A DNA stretch of 30,952 bases from Candidatus Omnitrophota bacterium (GTDB lineage Bacteria > Omnitrophota > Omnitrophia > Omnitrophales > Aquincolibacteriaceae), in assembly GCA_043803685.1 (NCBI GenBank), contig JAZDJU010000108.1, forward strand, positions 1-30,952. The letters are read 5' to 3'. The position numbers were made by a program, and so were the translations under genes. The notes beneath the pieces were generated by a model. The model had not been told where the DNA came from and did not search any database. It worked only from the letters and a program-made list of their open reading frames with translations. Below, piece by piece: positions 1-8,351 of the stretch (positions are counted from its first letter, which is position 1; each line of letters begins with the position of its first letter).

Positions 1-696
1 ATTACAGGAGGCACCAGCCGGCTTGGACAGGCGTTCGTTCGGAAAGCGGCCGGGCAAGGGGCCCGTGTTTTTTTTACTTACTTTAGATCTCTCGAAACCG
101 CCCAAGAACTCGAAAAGGGCGGCGCGAAAGGGTTTCTCCTCGATCTAGCCAACTCCCGGGACATCGATGCGTTCGCGGAAGCCTTCAAAGGAGAAAACGA
201 GCAACTGGACGTCCTTATTCATAATGCCGCCGCGACCGCGGACGCGCTCATTGAAAAAATGTCCGAAAAAGAATGGGACGATGTTTTGCGTGTCAATCTC
301 AAGGCGCCATTTTATCTGACCCAGAAACTCCTGCCCCTTCTCCTTATGAAGAAGCCAAGCAAGGTTTTCACTCTGGTCAGCCGCGCGGGTTTGAGCGGTC
401 TTGCCGGAGCCGCGAACTACGCCGCGTCCAAGGGAGGCCTGATCGCCATGACCAAGACTTTAGCCAGAGAGCTCGGTCGCAAAAAGATCCTCGTGAATGC
501 CATCAATCCCGGATTTATGCGATCCGCTATGACCGCCGACGTTCCCCAGGATGTTCTTCAGAGAAGTCTGGAAGACAGCCCTCTCAAGACCTTTTCGGAC
601 CCCGAAGAGGTCGCGGATTTTCTCCTCTTTCTCTCCTCAGACCAGGTGCGCCAGGTGACGGGACAAGTGGTTCATTTTGAATCCCGGCCGTTCTAG
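1..696 (+). CDS. fabG: SDR-family 3-oxoacyl-ACP reductase (FabG-like), 5'-truncated by the window edge
   Basis: Frame 1 is open from base 1 (ITGGTSRLG dinucleotide-binding motif, HNAA, YAASKGG catalytic YxxxK, VNAINPGF, VTGQ). It sits next to fabF and ends in TAG at 694-696. Confidence 0.8.
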   Translation: MTGGTSRLGQAFVRKAAGQGARVFFTYFRSLETAQELEKGGAKGFLLDLANSRDIDAFAEAFKGENEQLDVLIHNAAATADALIEKMSEKEWDDVLRVNLKAPFYLTQKLLPLLLMKKPSKVFTLVSRAGLSGLAGAANYAASKGGLIAMTKTLARELGRKKILVNAINPGFMRSAMTADVPQDVLQRSLEDSPLKTFSDPEEVADFLLFLSSDQVRQVTGQVVHFESRPF

Positions 697-778
697 CCTT
701 GTCTTTGTTTCTGTTCTTAAATGGCGACAAGGCTTGCCCCAATTCAACTTCGTTGAAATTGACAGGAATTGGGACTAA
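693..778. repeat. Diverged two-hairpin relative of the 154-bp element, at the fabG stop codon
   Basis: CTAG-[CCTTGTC-22nt-GACAAGG]-CTTG-[CCCCAATT-22nt-AATTGGGA]-CTAA. The first loop matches the reverse-complemented unit-3 loop of the 154-bp element at 15/22 positions. Confidence 0.6.
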
Positions 779-786
779 GATAGAAT
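759..786 (+). promoter_or_regulatory. sigma70-type promoter for fabF-bioFAD
   Basis: TTGACA (759-764), 16-bp spacer, TAGAAT (781-786), 35 bp before the fabF ATG. It is overlapped by the inverted repeat ACAGGAA-N21-TTCCTGT (762-796). Confidence 0.6.
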
Positions 787-821
787 TTCTTCCTGTTTGA
801 TACCTGAAGGGACCCTCAGAG

Positions 822-2027
822 ATGAAGCGACGCGTGGTAGTGACGGGCATGGGCGTTCTTTCCCCGGTAGGGAATACGATCGCGGAATTCCGTGAAAATC
901 TTAAAAAAGGGATTTCCGGGAAGGAAAACACGTCCCATTCCACCGTGGAAGGGCACAAGTTCCCGCCGGTATTTCCTCTCAGGGGCTTCAATCCCCACTC
1001 TTACGGAACGCATCTTCTGGACCCTTTCATCCAATACGCCGTGGCTGCGGCAGAACAGGCCGTGGCGGACGCGCAGTTTGATATGAAGGCCGTGGACCCT
1101 TACGCCGTGGCGCTTTCTGTCAGCTCGAGTAAAGGAGGCGTTCACAGCCTCGGCCGCTTGAAGGAGCGGTTCCTCCGAAAACCGAGCGCGATCTTGGGCG
1201 CCAGAATGTTCACAAGCGCGATCCCGAACTTTGCGGACCAGTGGATCGCAAGACGTATGAAGATCCAGGGGCCGGCCAAGTGTTATGTGGCCGCGTGCGC
1301 GACTGGGACCGTGGCTATTGCTCAAGGGTTTCGCATGGTTTCCGAAGGCGACGCGGAATACTGTCTCGCTGGAGCCACGGACGCTTCGATCACCCCTCTC
1401 ATGTTAGGGGGTTATAAGAACATGAAGGCGCTTGCGGCCCAAGAGATCCGCCCGTTCGATAAAAGACGCGATGGATTTTTGGTGGGCGAAGGGGCCGGCG
1501 TGGTTTTCCTCGAAACGCTCGAGAGCGCAACAGCTCGCGGGGCAAGGATCTACGGCGAGATCCTTGAGGCTGCCCACGGGCAGGATAGCAAACAGCCGAT
1601 CCATTTTGACCTTAACGAACATGCTTTGTCGTACACGCTACAGGTTCTTTTTAAACGGGCCGGGATCACGCCTCGAGAGATCGACTACATGAATCTCCAC
1701 GGGACAGGCACCCGGCATGGCGACCTTTACGAAACGCTCGAGCTCAAAGGAGCTCTCGGCGAACAGGCTTATAAGATCCCCATGAGCTCGACCAAGGGCG
1801 CGACGGGACACATGCTAGGCGCGACCGGCGCCATTGAGATCATCGCCACGCTTCTCGGGATTCACGAAGGTTTCGTCCCGCCGACCGTGGGTCTTGAGGA
1901 AAAAGATCCCGCGTGCGATTTGGATTACACGCCGGGGAAAATGAGACAAAAGACAATAACAAGTGCAGTCAAGGTCTCCATGGGTTTTGGCGGTCAGGTC
2001 GCCGCTGTTCTTTTAAGAAAAGTCTGA
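822..2027 (+). CDS. fabF: beta-ketoacyl-ACP synthase II (FabF-like, divergent)
   Basis: RRVVVTGMG start; Cys-His-His triad in AACATG, LHGTGT and TGHMLGA; RPFDKRRDGF; C-terminal SMGFGG. Confidence 0.85.
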   Translation: MKRRVVVTGMGVLSPVGNTIAEFRENLKKGISGKENTSHSTVEGHKFPPVFPLRGFNPHSYGTHLLDPFIQYAVAAAEQAVADAQFDMKAVDPYAVALSVSSSKGGVHSLGRLKERFLRKPSAILGARMFTSAIPNFADQWIARRMKIQGPAKCYVAACATGTVAIAQGFRMVSEGDAEYCLAGATDASITPLMLGGYKNMKALAAQEIRPFDKRRDGFLVGEGAGVVFLETLESATARGARIYGEILEAAHGQDSKQPIHFDLNEHALSYTLQVLFKRAGITPREIDYMNLHGTGTRHGDLYETLELKGALGEQAYKIPMSSTKGATGHMLGATGAIEIIATLLGIHEGFVPPTVGLEEKDPACDLDYTPGKMRQKTITSAVKVSMGFGGQVAAVLLRKV

Positions 2028-2055
2028 CTTTTAGACGGAGAGGCGGAGCAAAACA

Positions 2056-3237
2056 GTGGCAAAGCGCAAATGCGAAAGAATGAAAAACTTTTATTCACAA
2101 GAACTCGAATCCTTAAAAGAGAAGAATCTTTATCGTCGTTTTCGCGTTCTGGAAGAACATGAAGGAACGCGCGCGATCTTCGAGGGACGGAAGATCCTGC
2201 TTTTTTGTAGCAATGATTATCTGGGGCTCAGCCGGCATCCCCGCGTCATTGGGGCCGCTCAAAGAGCGCTCAAAACGCACGGCACCGGCGCCGGAGCGGC
2301 GCGTCTTATCTCAGGGACAACAGAAGCGCACGTGGCCCTTGAAAAAAAACTGGCCCAAACCAAGGGAAAAGAAAGCGCGCTCGTCTTCGCGACCGGCTTT
2401 CTCGCGAATCTCGGCATTCTGACCGCCTTTGCCGGCGAGAAGGACGTGATCATTATGGATAAACTTTGTCACGCCTCCTTGATCGATGGCGCCCGGCTTT
2501 CAAAGGCGGAACTTCGCGTTTTTCCTCATAAGAATTATAAAAAGTGCGAAGAGATCCTTCGAAATTCCCGTAGCGCTCGCCGGAGGATCCTTGTAACGGA
2601 AACGGTTTTTAGCATGGACGGCGACCGGGCGGACTTGAAAGAACTTGTCCGTCTCAAAGAAAAACACAAGGCGCTCCTCGTGATCGACGACGCGCATGGC
2701 ACAGGCGTTTTAGGAGCGCACGGACGCGGCGCCGCGGCGGTGGAAGGCCTTTCAAAAAAGATCGATATTATTATGGGGACGCTGTCCAAAGCCATCGGGG
2801 GACTCGGGGGGTTTGTTGCCGCGGACAAACTCATGACGGATTATCTAGTGAATTTCGCGCGACCTTTTATTTTTGCGACAGCACTCCCGCCTGTTCTCTG
2901 CGAAGCCGCGCGCGAAGCTTTATGTGTTATCGAGGAAGAGCCGGCATTAAGAGAAAAGCTCCTGGAGAACATCTGCGGCGTTTACCAAGGGCTTACTTCC
3001 GCGGGGCTTTCGATCGGAAAGCCTGAATCCGCGATCCTTCCGGTGATGGTGGGCGACGAAGGCAAAGCCACGAGGGTTTTCGAGCGACTTCTTGCCCAGG
3101 GAATTTTTATTCCCGCGGTGCGTTTCCCGACCGTTCCTAAAGGGAAAGCGCGACTTCGAGTGACCGTTTCTGCGGCGCACACGTCTCAGGACATCGCCGC
3201 ATTGACGAAGGCTTTTGCAAAAGCGATGAAGGAGTGA
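2056..3237 (+). CDS. bioF: 8-amino-7-oxononanoate synthase
   Basis: FCSNDYLGL, HASLIDG, FSMDGD, DDAHG, GTLSKA (PLP lysine), PTVPKGKARLR. GTG start with GGAG RBS; alternative ATG at 2080. Confidence 0.93.
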   Translation: MAKRKCERMKNFYSQELESLKEKNLYRRFRVLEEHEGTRAIFEGRKILLFCSNDYLGLSRHPRVIGAAQRALKTHGTGAGAARLISGTTEAHVALEKKLAQTKGKESALVFATGFLANLGILTAFAGEKDVIIMDKLCHASLIDGARLSKAELRVFPHKNYKKCEEILRNSRSARRRILVTETVFSMDGDRADLKELVRLKEKHKALLVIDDAHGTGVLGAHGRGAAAVEGLSKKIDIIMGTLSKAIGGLGGFVAADKLMTDYLVNFARPFIFATALPPVLCEAAREALCVIEEEPALREKLLENICGVYQGLTSAGLSIGKPESAILPVMVGDEGKATRVFERLLAQGIFIPAVRFPTVPKGKARLRVTVSAAHTSQDIAALTKAFAKAMKE

Positions 3238-3244
3238 TCCTCAG

Positions 3245-4606
3245 ATGCGAAAAAAAGAAACGAGAACAGAGCGATGGATCGCCAAAGACCGGAAATATCT
3301 CTGGCACCCATTCACTCAAATGCGGGATTGGCAGACGGACGAATTTCTCGTGATCGAAAGAGGGGAAGGCTGTTACCTGATCGACACCGCGGGGCGCCGC
3401 TACCTGGACGGCGTGTCATCGCTTTGGTGCAACGTCCACGGGCACCGCGTGAAAGAGCTGGACCGGGCGATCGTAAAACAGATCCGAAAGATATCTCATA
3501 GTACCCTTCTGGGGCTGACGCATCCCACGGCGATCGAGCTGGCTGAAAAGCTCATTAAGATCGCGCCGAAAGGTCTCACGCGCGTTTTCTACTCGGATTC
3601 CGGGTCCGAGGCCGTGGAGGTCGCGCTCAAAATGGCCTTTCAATACTGGGCCCAAAAAGGGCATCCTCAAAAAAAGAAATTCGTAAAACTTGTAAACTCC
3701 TATCACGGCGATACGTTGGGCTCCGTGAGCGTCGGAGGGATCGACCTGTTCCATCAGATCTATAAGCCGCTTCTCTTTAAGACGCTCGCGATCCCGTCTC
3801 CGTATCGGTTTCGCTGGAAGACGGGAAGCGATCCGGAAGAGGTGAAAAGAGAAGCGCTTGGGGCTATGGAAAAAGTTCTGAAAGAACATCATGGAGAACT
3901 TGCGGCGCTCGTGATGGAACCTCTGATGCAAGGAGCCGCGGGGATGATCGACCAACCGGCGGGATACATTTCCCGTGCCAGGGAGCTGACACGAAAGTAT
4001 AATACGCTCCTGATCCTTGACGAGGTCGCGACAGGGTTCGGACGGACCGGAAAAATGTTCGCCGCGGACCACGAACGCGTGACCCCGGATATCATGGCCG
4101 TCGCCAAGGGCATTACAGGCGGCTATCTTCCTCTGGCGGCAACGCTCGCGACCGAGGAGGTTTATGGGGCGTTTTTGGGCCGATACGAGGAGTTCAAAAC
4201 TTTTTTTCACGGGCACACTTACACGGCGAACCCATTGGCTTGCGCCGTGGCGATCGCGAATCTCGAGATCTTCGAAAAGGAAAAAACGCTCAAGAAATTG
4301 CAGCCCAAGATCCGGCTCATGGAACGGCGGCTCAAGGGCTTTTACAAGCTTCGCCATGTTGGGGACATCCGTCAGCGAGGCATGATGATCGGGATCGAGC
4401 TTGTTCGCGACAAAAGAACGAAAGCGGCTTTTGAGCCGAAAGAAAAGATCGGCGTTCGCGTGATCGAACGGGCACGCGCGAAGGGAGCCATTCTCCGACC
4501 GCTAGGGCCCGTGATCGTGCTTATGCCGCCTTTGGCGATGACAGCCAAAGAGCTCGAGCGATTGTTGGACATTACTTATGAATCCATAAAGGAAGCGACG
4601 GAATGA
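3245..4606 (+). CDS. bioA: Adenosylmethionine-8-amino-7-oxononanoate aminotransferase
   Basis: WHPFTQM, DGVSSLW, DSGSEAVEVALK, YHGDTLG, DEVATGFGRTG, AKGITGGY, FFHGHTY. Confidence 0.95.
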   Translation: MRKKETRTERWIAKDRKYLWHPFTQMRDWQTDEFLVIERGEGCYLIDTAGRRYLDGVSSLWCNVHGHRVKELDRAIVKQIRKISHSTLLGLTHPTAIELAEKLIKIAPKGLTRVFYSDSGSEAVEVALKMAFQYWAQKGHPQKKKFVKLVNSYHGDTLGSVSVGGIDLFHQIYKPLLFKTLAIPSPYRFRWKTGSDPEEVKREALGAMEKVLKEHHGELAALVMEPLMQGAAGMIDQPAGYISRARELTRKYNTLLILDEVATGFGRTGKMFAADHERVTPDIMAVAKGITGGYLPLAATLATEEVYGAFLGRYEEFKTFFHGHTYTANPLACAVAIANLEIFEKEKTLKKLQPKIRLMERRLKGFYKLRHVGDIRQRGMMIGIELVRDKRTKAAFEPKEKIGVRVIERARAKGAILRPLGPVIVLMPPLAMTAKELERLLDITYESIKEATE

Positions 4607-4616
4607 ACATGAGCCG

Positions 4617-4690
4617 CGGGGAACGGGGAATGGGGAATGGGGAACGGAAAGATTTTTTGTCGTTACCCGTTATCCGTTTCCCGCTCTCCG
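4617..4690. repeat. Heptamer-repeat hairpin 1 (YGGGGAA x4 / TTnnCCG-like x4) between bioA and bioD
   Basis: cggggaa cggggaa tggggaa tggggaa cggaaag ... ttacccg ttatccg tttcccg ctctccg; the two arms are imperfectly complementary. Confidence 0.7.
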
Positions 4691-4709
4691 GCTTTTCGGA
4701 GAAAAGGCT

Positions 4710-5447
4710 ATGAACGCCGGGATTTTCATTACCGGAACGGACACGGATGTCGGGAAAACGGTGGTTTCTGCCGGCCTTGCGCTCGTTCTCCGGGATCGCG
4801 GGATGAAGGTCGGGATAATGAAACCTGTGGCGACCGGTTGTTATGGCGACGAGGGCCGGCTTATCTCCCAGGACGCAGCGTTTCTCATGGAAGCCGCGCA
4901 GAACGAATATCCGCCGCTCTCGAGCCCTTCGCGTTTCCGGAACGCTCTTTCGCCGAATGTCGCGGCCATGCTTGAAAAAAAGGAAGTCGATGTGCCCGGC
5001 ATCCTCAAAAGCTACCGTGAACTTCAAAAGCATTACGACTTTATGATAGTCGAAGGCATTGGCGGGCTTATGGTCCCTCTTAAAAAGGATTATTACGTCG
5101 CCAACCTTATTCGCGACATGGGTCTCCCGATCCTGATCGTGTCCTATGCCGGACTAGGCGCGATCAATCACACGTTGCTGACCGTGGACGCGGCGACGAT
5201 CCGGGGACTTACAGTACGAGGGATTATTTTCAACCGTGTTTCCGTGACCAACTACTCGCTAGCGGAACTTACCAATCCGAAAGTGATCCACGACCTGTCT
5301 GGAATTCCGATCCTTGGCAGCTTGCCCAATATCGACGGCCTCAACATGGATAATTGCCAATTTGGCAGACTCAAGGAGATCTTTCAGGAACGCATCCAAG
5401 TCGAAAAGATCCAGGGAGTTTGTACCGGCGCTACTTCCCCAAAATAA
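4710..5447 (+). CDS. bioD: Dethiobiotin synthetase
   Basis: FITGTDTDVGKT P-loop, MKPVATG, VEGIGG, LGAINHTLLT. Confidence 0.95.
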   Translation: MNAGIFITGTDTDVGKTVVSAGLALVLRDRGMKVGIMKPVATGCYGDEGRLISQDAAFLMEAAQNEYPPLSSPSRFRNALSPNVAAMLEKKEVDVPGILKSYRELQKHYDFMIVEGIGGLMVPLKKDYYVANLIRDMGLPILIVSYAGLGAINHTLLTVDAATIRGLTVRGIIFNRVSVTNYSLAELTNPKVIHDLSGIPILGSLPNIDGLNMDNCQFGRLKEIFQERIQVEKIQGVCTGATSPK

Positions 5448-5463
5448 CCGAAAGGAACCCTCC

Positions 5464-6846
5464 TTGTCTCAACGGTCCCAATACCCATCAAGCGAAGCCG
5501 AGCCGAGATTGGGGCCGTCCGAGTTGCCATCCGGAGAGAAAAGTAAAAGACTTGGACGGAAAGTCACCGGTATCCGGCTCGAAAGAAAAAAAGATGCGAG
5601 CCTTCTTAACTGGAACCTCAAGCGCCCTTACCCGCCCGAAAAGATCCGGATGCTCGTTCCCGCCGGGACCGAACCGTGCGTCCAAGTTGAGGAGAATGTT
5701 CAGGTCGGGCAAGAGATCGCAAAACCCCGCAGCGCGGAGCGTGTCAGCCTTCACGCGGGCATGACTGGTATCGTGGAGAAGATCGCTGCCTTTCCGGGGA
5801 CGACTGGCGCAGAAAAGCAGATGATCGAGATCCGCAGATATGGAGAGCCTAAAGCGCTTCCTCTAGTGGAGACGCGCAAGGGATGGGGAGAGATCCCGTC
5901 CGAAGAACTTTCTAACATCTTTCAGCGTTCCGGACTTGTGACGACGGATCCGGCGATGGAACCTGTCCACGTGAAGCTCGGCCGGCACGCCGGGGCGCGG
6001 ACGATCATCATTAATGGCTGCGAGCCGGAACCTTATATCACTTCCGAACAAACGCTGATCACGTCCCATCCCGTGGAGATCCTGAAGGGCGCGGGGCTGC
6101 TCAAAAAAGCCATGGGCGCCGAGAAGATCGTATTCGCCCTGGAAAGTTGCAACATCGAGATGATCGAGCTCATCAAGAGCAAGATCTACTTTTTGAAGTG
6201 GGAATACGCGGAAGTCCGGACGGTGCTAGCGCTCTATCCGCAAGGACTCGAAAGCACGCTGCTTCAAGCATGGTTTCCGGGAAAAGAAGACGAGGCTGTT
6301 GTTTTTCCGGCATCCACCGCCTTTGCGGTTTACGAAGCGGTTGTCCTGCAAAAGCCTTTTTATGAAAGAGTCGTGACCGTGGGCGGCGAATGCGTGGTCG
6401 AACCGAGGAGTCTCTGGTTACCGATCGGAATCTCCTTTCAAGATGCGATCCACGCCTGCAAAGGGGTCATGCGCGAACCCCAAAGGATTTTGATGGGCGG
6501 ACCCATGGCTGGAATGGCGCAACCGACCATGGAGGTTCCCGTCACGGTTGGGACGAACGCCATTCTTGCGCTTCCCAAGGAGAGCGCGAGCGAGGGAGCA
6601 GAAATGTGGGAAGTGGCGCCATGCATCCGGTGCAATCTTTGCGTGGATCACTGTCCCGTTCTGCTTTCGCCCGCCATGATCACGATGGCTGCGGAACAAA
6701 AAGAGTTTTCGATCGCAGAGGCGTGGCATGCCGAAGCGTGCATCGAATGCGGGACCTGCGGCTATGTGTGTCCCACCAAACGACCGATGCTGAAATTGAT
6801 CCGCTCGGTCTGTCCTCCCTCAGCGCCGGTGGTGCCCCATGATTGA
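5464..6846 (+). CDS. rnfC: RnfC/RsxC-like subunit with a degenerate FMN/NADH-binding loop and two [4Fe-4S] motifs
   Basis: RnfC domain order (N-terminal barrel, INGCEPEPY, YPQGLE, RVVTVGG SLBB, MGGPMAG, CIRCNLCVDHCP and CIECGTCGYVCP). Start reassigned to TTG 5464 (AAGGA RBS at 5452) because the ORF-track start at 5314 overlaps bioD. Confidence 0.8.
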   Translation: MSQRSQYPSSEAEPRLGPSELPSGEKSKRLGRKVTGIRLERKKDASLLNWNLKRPYPPEKIRMLVPAGTEPCVQVEENVQVGQEIAKPRSAERVSLHAGMTGIVEKIAAFPGTTGAEKQMIEIRRYGEPKALPLVETRKGWGEIPSEELSNIFQRSGLVTTDPAMEPVHVKLGRHAGARTIIINGCEPEPYITSEQTLITSHPVEILKGAGLLKKAMGAEKIVFALESCNIEMIELIKSKIYFLKWEYAEVRTVLALYPQGLESTLLQAWFPGKEDEAVVFPASTAFAVYEAVVLQKPFYERVVTVGGECVVEPRSLWLPIGISFQDAIHACKGVMREPQRILMGGPMAGMAQPTMEVPVTVGTNAILALPKESASEGAEMWEVAPCIRCNLCVDHCPVLLSPAMITMAAEQKEFSIAEAWHAEACIECGTCGYVCPTKRPMLKLIRSVCPPSAPVVPHD

Positions 6847-7696
6847 AGGGGCGCTTTTTGACCGGGTGGGATTACCACCCCACATCGACGCCAAAGACTC
6901 TTTGGCTAAACGGCACTGGGGGCAACTAGCAGCGCTTGCTCCCGTTTTTATGGCCGCTTGTTTTACCGGACACGCGGAGATCTTACGCGTTCTCTTAATT
7001 TGTCTGGTGAGCGCGCTCGCGTTCGATTTCCTGGCCGCAAAAATATTTCGAAAGAAAGAAAATCTACGAAGCGGCGAAACCGTGCTCGCGGCAGCCCTCT
7101 TTTCACTTCTCTTACCTTCAAAATGTCCTGCCGAGGTCGTGATTCTTGGAATTTTCATGGCGGTCTTTGTTGCCCGCGAGTTTTTCGGGGGGACAGGTGC
7201 GTATCCACTACACCCGCTTTTTCTGGCGCGAGCGTTCTTGCAAATTTGCTTTCCCCGAACCCTGTCGGAACCGATGCTTTTGGTCGGGGACGGCAATGTT
7301 TGGATGCTTGTGGGAATGGGGCTTGGCGGCATTCTGCTTCTCAAACAGAAACAAGGCTATTGGGAAACGCCGGTCCTTTTTATGGCCACTTGTTTTTCTT
7401 GCGAGGTCCTGTTCGGGGGAAAAGAAATGACGCTTGTTTTTTTCAGCAGCGTCCTCCTGACGGGCTTTTTTCTTTTAGCGGATCCCGTTACCCTTCCGCT
7501 GACGCGCAAGGGGACGCTTCTTTTTGTTTTGGGCGCGGCTTTTTTGGGTTCGTGGCTTGATCCGAACGGATTCTCGATCCGCTCCATGAGTTACGCGATC
7601 CTAGGAATGGGACTTCTGACACCGTGGCTGGACGTCTGGTTCAAGCCCGTCTCTTACAGAGCAAAACAACATCTCAAAGCGACCTATCCGGCATGA
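6839..7696 (+). CDS. rnfD: RnfD/NqrB-like membrane subunit, shortened and lacking the FMN-attachment loop
   Basis: PPHI N-terminus, REFFGGTG, FFLLADPVTLPLT, LLTPWLD; overlaps the rnfC stop; no [S/T]GAT motif. Confidence 0.75.
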   Translation: MIEGALFDRVGLPPHIDAKDSLAKRHWGQLAALAPVFMAACFTGHAEILRVLLICLVSALAFDFLAAKIFRKKENLRSGETVLAAALFSLLLPSKCPAEVVILGIFMAVFVAREFFGGTGAYPLHPLFLARAFLQICFPRTLSEPMLLVGDGNVWMLVGMGLGGILLLKQKQGYWETPVLFMATCFSCEVLFGGKEMTLVFFSSVLLTGFFLLADPVTLPLTRKGTLLFVLGAAFLGSWLDPNGFSIRSMSYAILGMGLLTPWLDVWFKPVSYRAKQHLKATYPA

Positions 7697-7800
7697 ACAT
7701 TAAAAAAACGGCCGCAACCCTAGCGAAATATTTATTCCTGTTTCTTTTCCTGGCTTTTTTGGCCGCGATCCTTTACGGGGCGCAGAAGCTGAGGGGATGA
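7693..7800 (+). CDS. 35-aa single-TM peptide at the rnfG position (mini-RnfG anchor); not in the ORF track
   Basis: MNIKKTAATLAKYLFLFLFLAFLAAILYGAQKLRG*; ATGA overlap with the rnfD stop; basic N-terminus followed by one hydrophobic helix. Confidence 0.65.
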   Translation: MNIKKTAATLAKYLFLFLFLAFLAAILYGAQKLRG

Positions 7801-7822
7801 AAAACATGAGACGTCAGAGATC

Positions 7823-8350
7823 ATGAAGCTGCCCGAACGTCTTTTTTCAAGGATGCTTTTGGCTTATCTCCCGTTCATGGTCTACCCTTACGGCTCTTTC
7901 AGGGCTTTGGTCGCGGCGCTTTGGATTACGGCCTTCCTTTGGTTCACAGTCGCTTTCTTCTGGCTCACACGGCGTTTTTTCCCGGACCGTTCCTTAAAAC
8001 ACGCCTTTGTTCTCTGGCTCATCGTGTGGGCGCAGGCCGCGTGGACGCTCACGCGATTGCCGCCCTACTGGATCGTGAGCGTCTTTTTCCTCACGCCGGT
8101 CTCTTTTCTCGAGGATACAGCCAAGCCCGCTCATGTGCGTGTGTTTTCCAGGAAAGTACCGAGGTACTTTTTTGAGCGGGTTCTTGTCGGGATCGGCTTC
8201 GCAGGCTTTGTAGCGTTGCTGACGTTTGTCCGGGAGGTCGCGGAGAAAGGATTGGGGATCCAGGCGTTCGAGCAACCGGCCGGCATGTTATTTGTGATCG
8301 CGGCCGTCGCGTTCCTTTGGAAGAACCAACCTTATCGCGGGAAGGAATAA
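7823..8350 (+). CDS. Divergent RnfE/NqrD-like membrane protein with no cysteines
   Basis: Operon position; C-terminal GIGFAGFVALLTFVRE...QPAGMLF resembles RnfE G.GF...L.G.IRE...PPGAF; LAYLP stands at the LGLCP position. Confidence 0.55.
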   Translation: MKLPERLFSRMLLAYLPFMVYPYGSFRALVAALWITAFLWFTVAFFWLTRRFFPDRSLKHAFVLWLIVWAQAAWTLTRLPPYWIVSVFFLTPVSFLEDTAKPAHVRVFSRKVPRYFFERVLVGIGFAGFVALLTFVREVAEKGLGIQAFEQPAGMLFVIAAVAFLWKNQPYRGKE

Positions 8351-8351
8351 A

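Noticed and set aside
697..821. BirA operator upstream of fabF-bio
   Set aside because: No match to the TGTAAACC-N-GGTTTACA type palindrome; the inverted repeats here are better explained by the hairpin element.
5314..5463. ORF-track N-terminal extension of RnfC
   Set aside because: It overlaps bioD by 134 bp; TTG 5464 has an RBS and gives an RnfC-sized protein.
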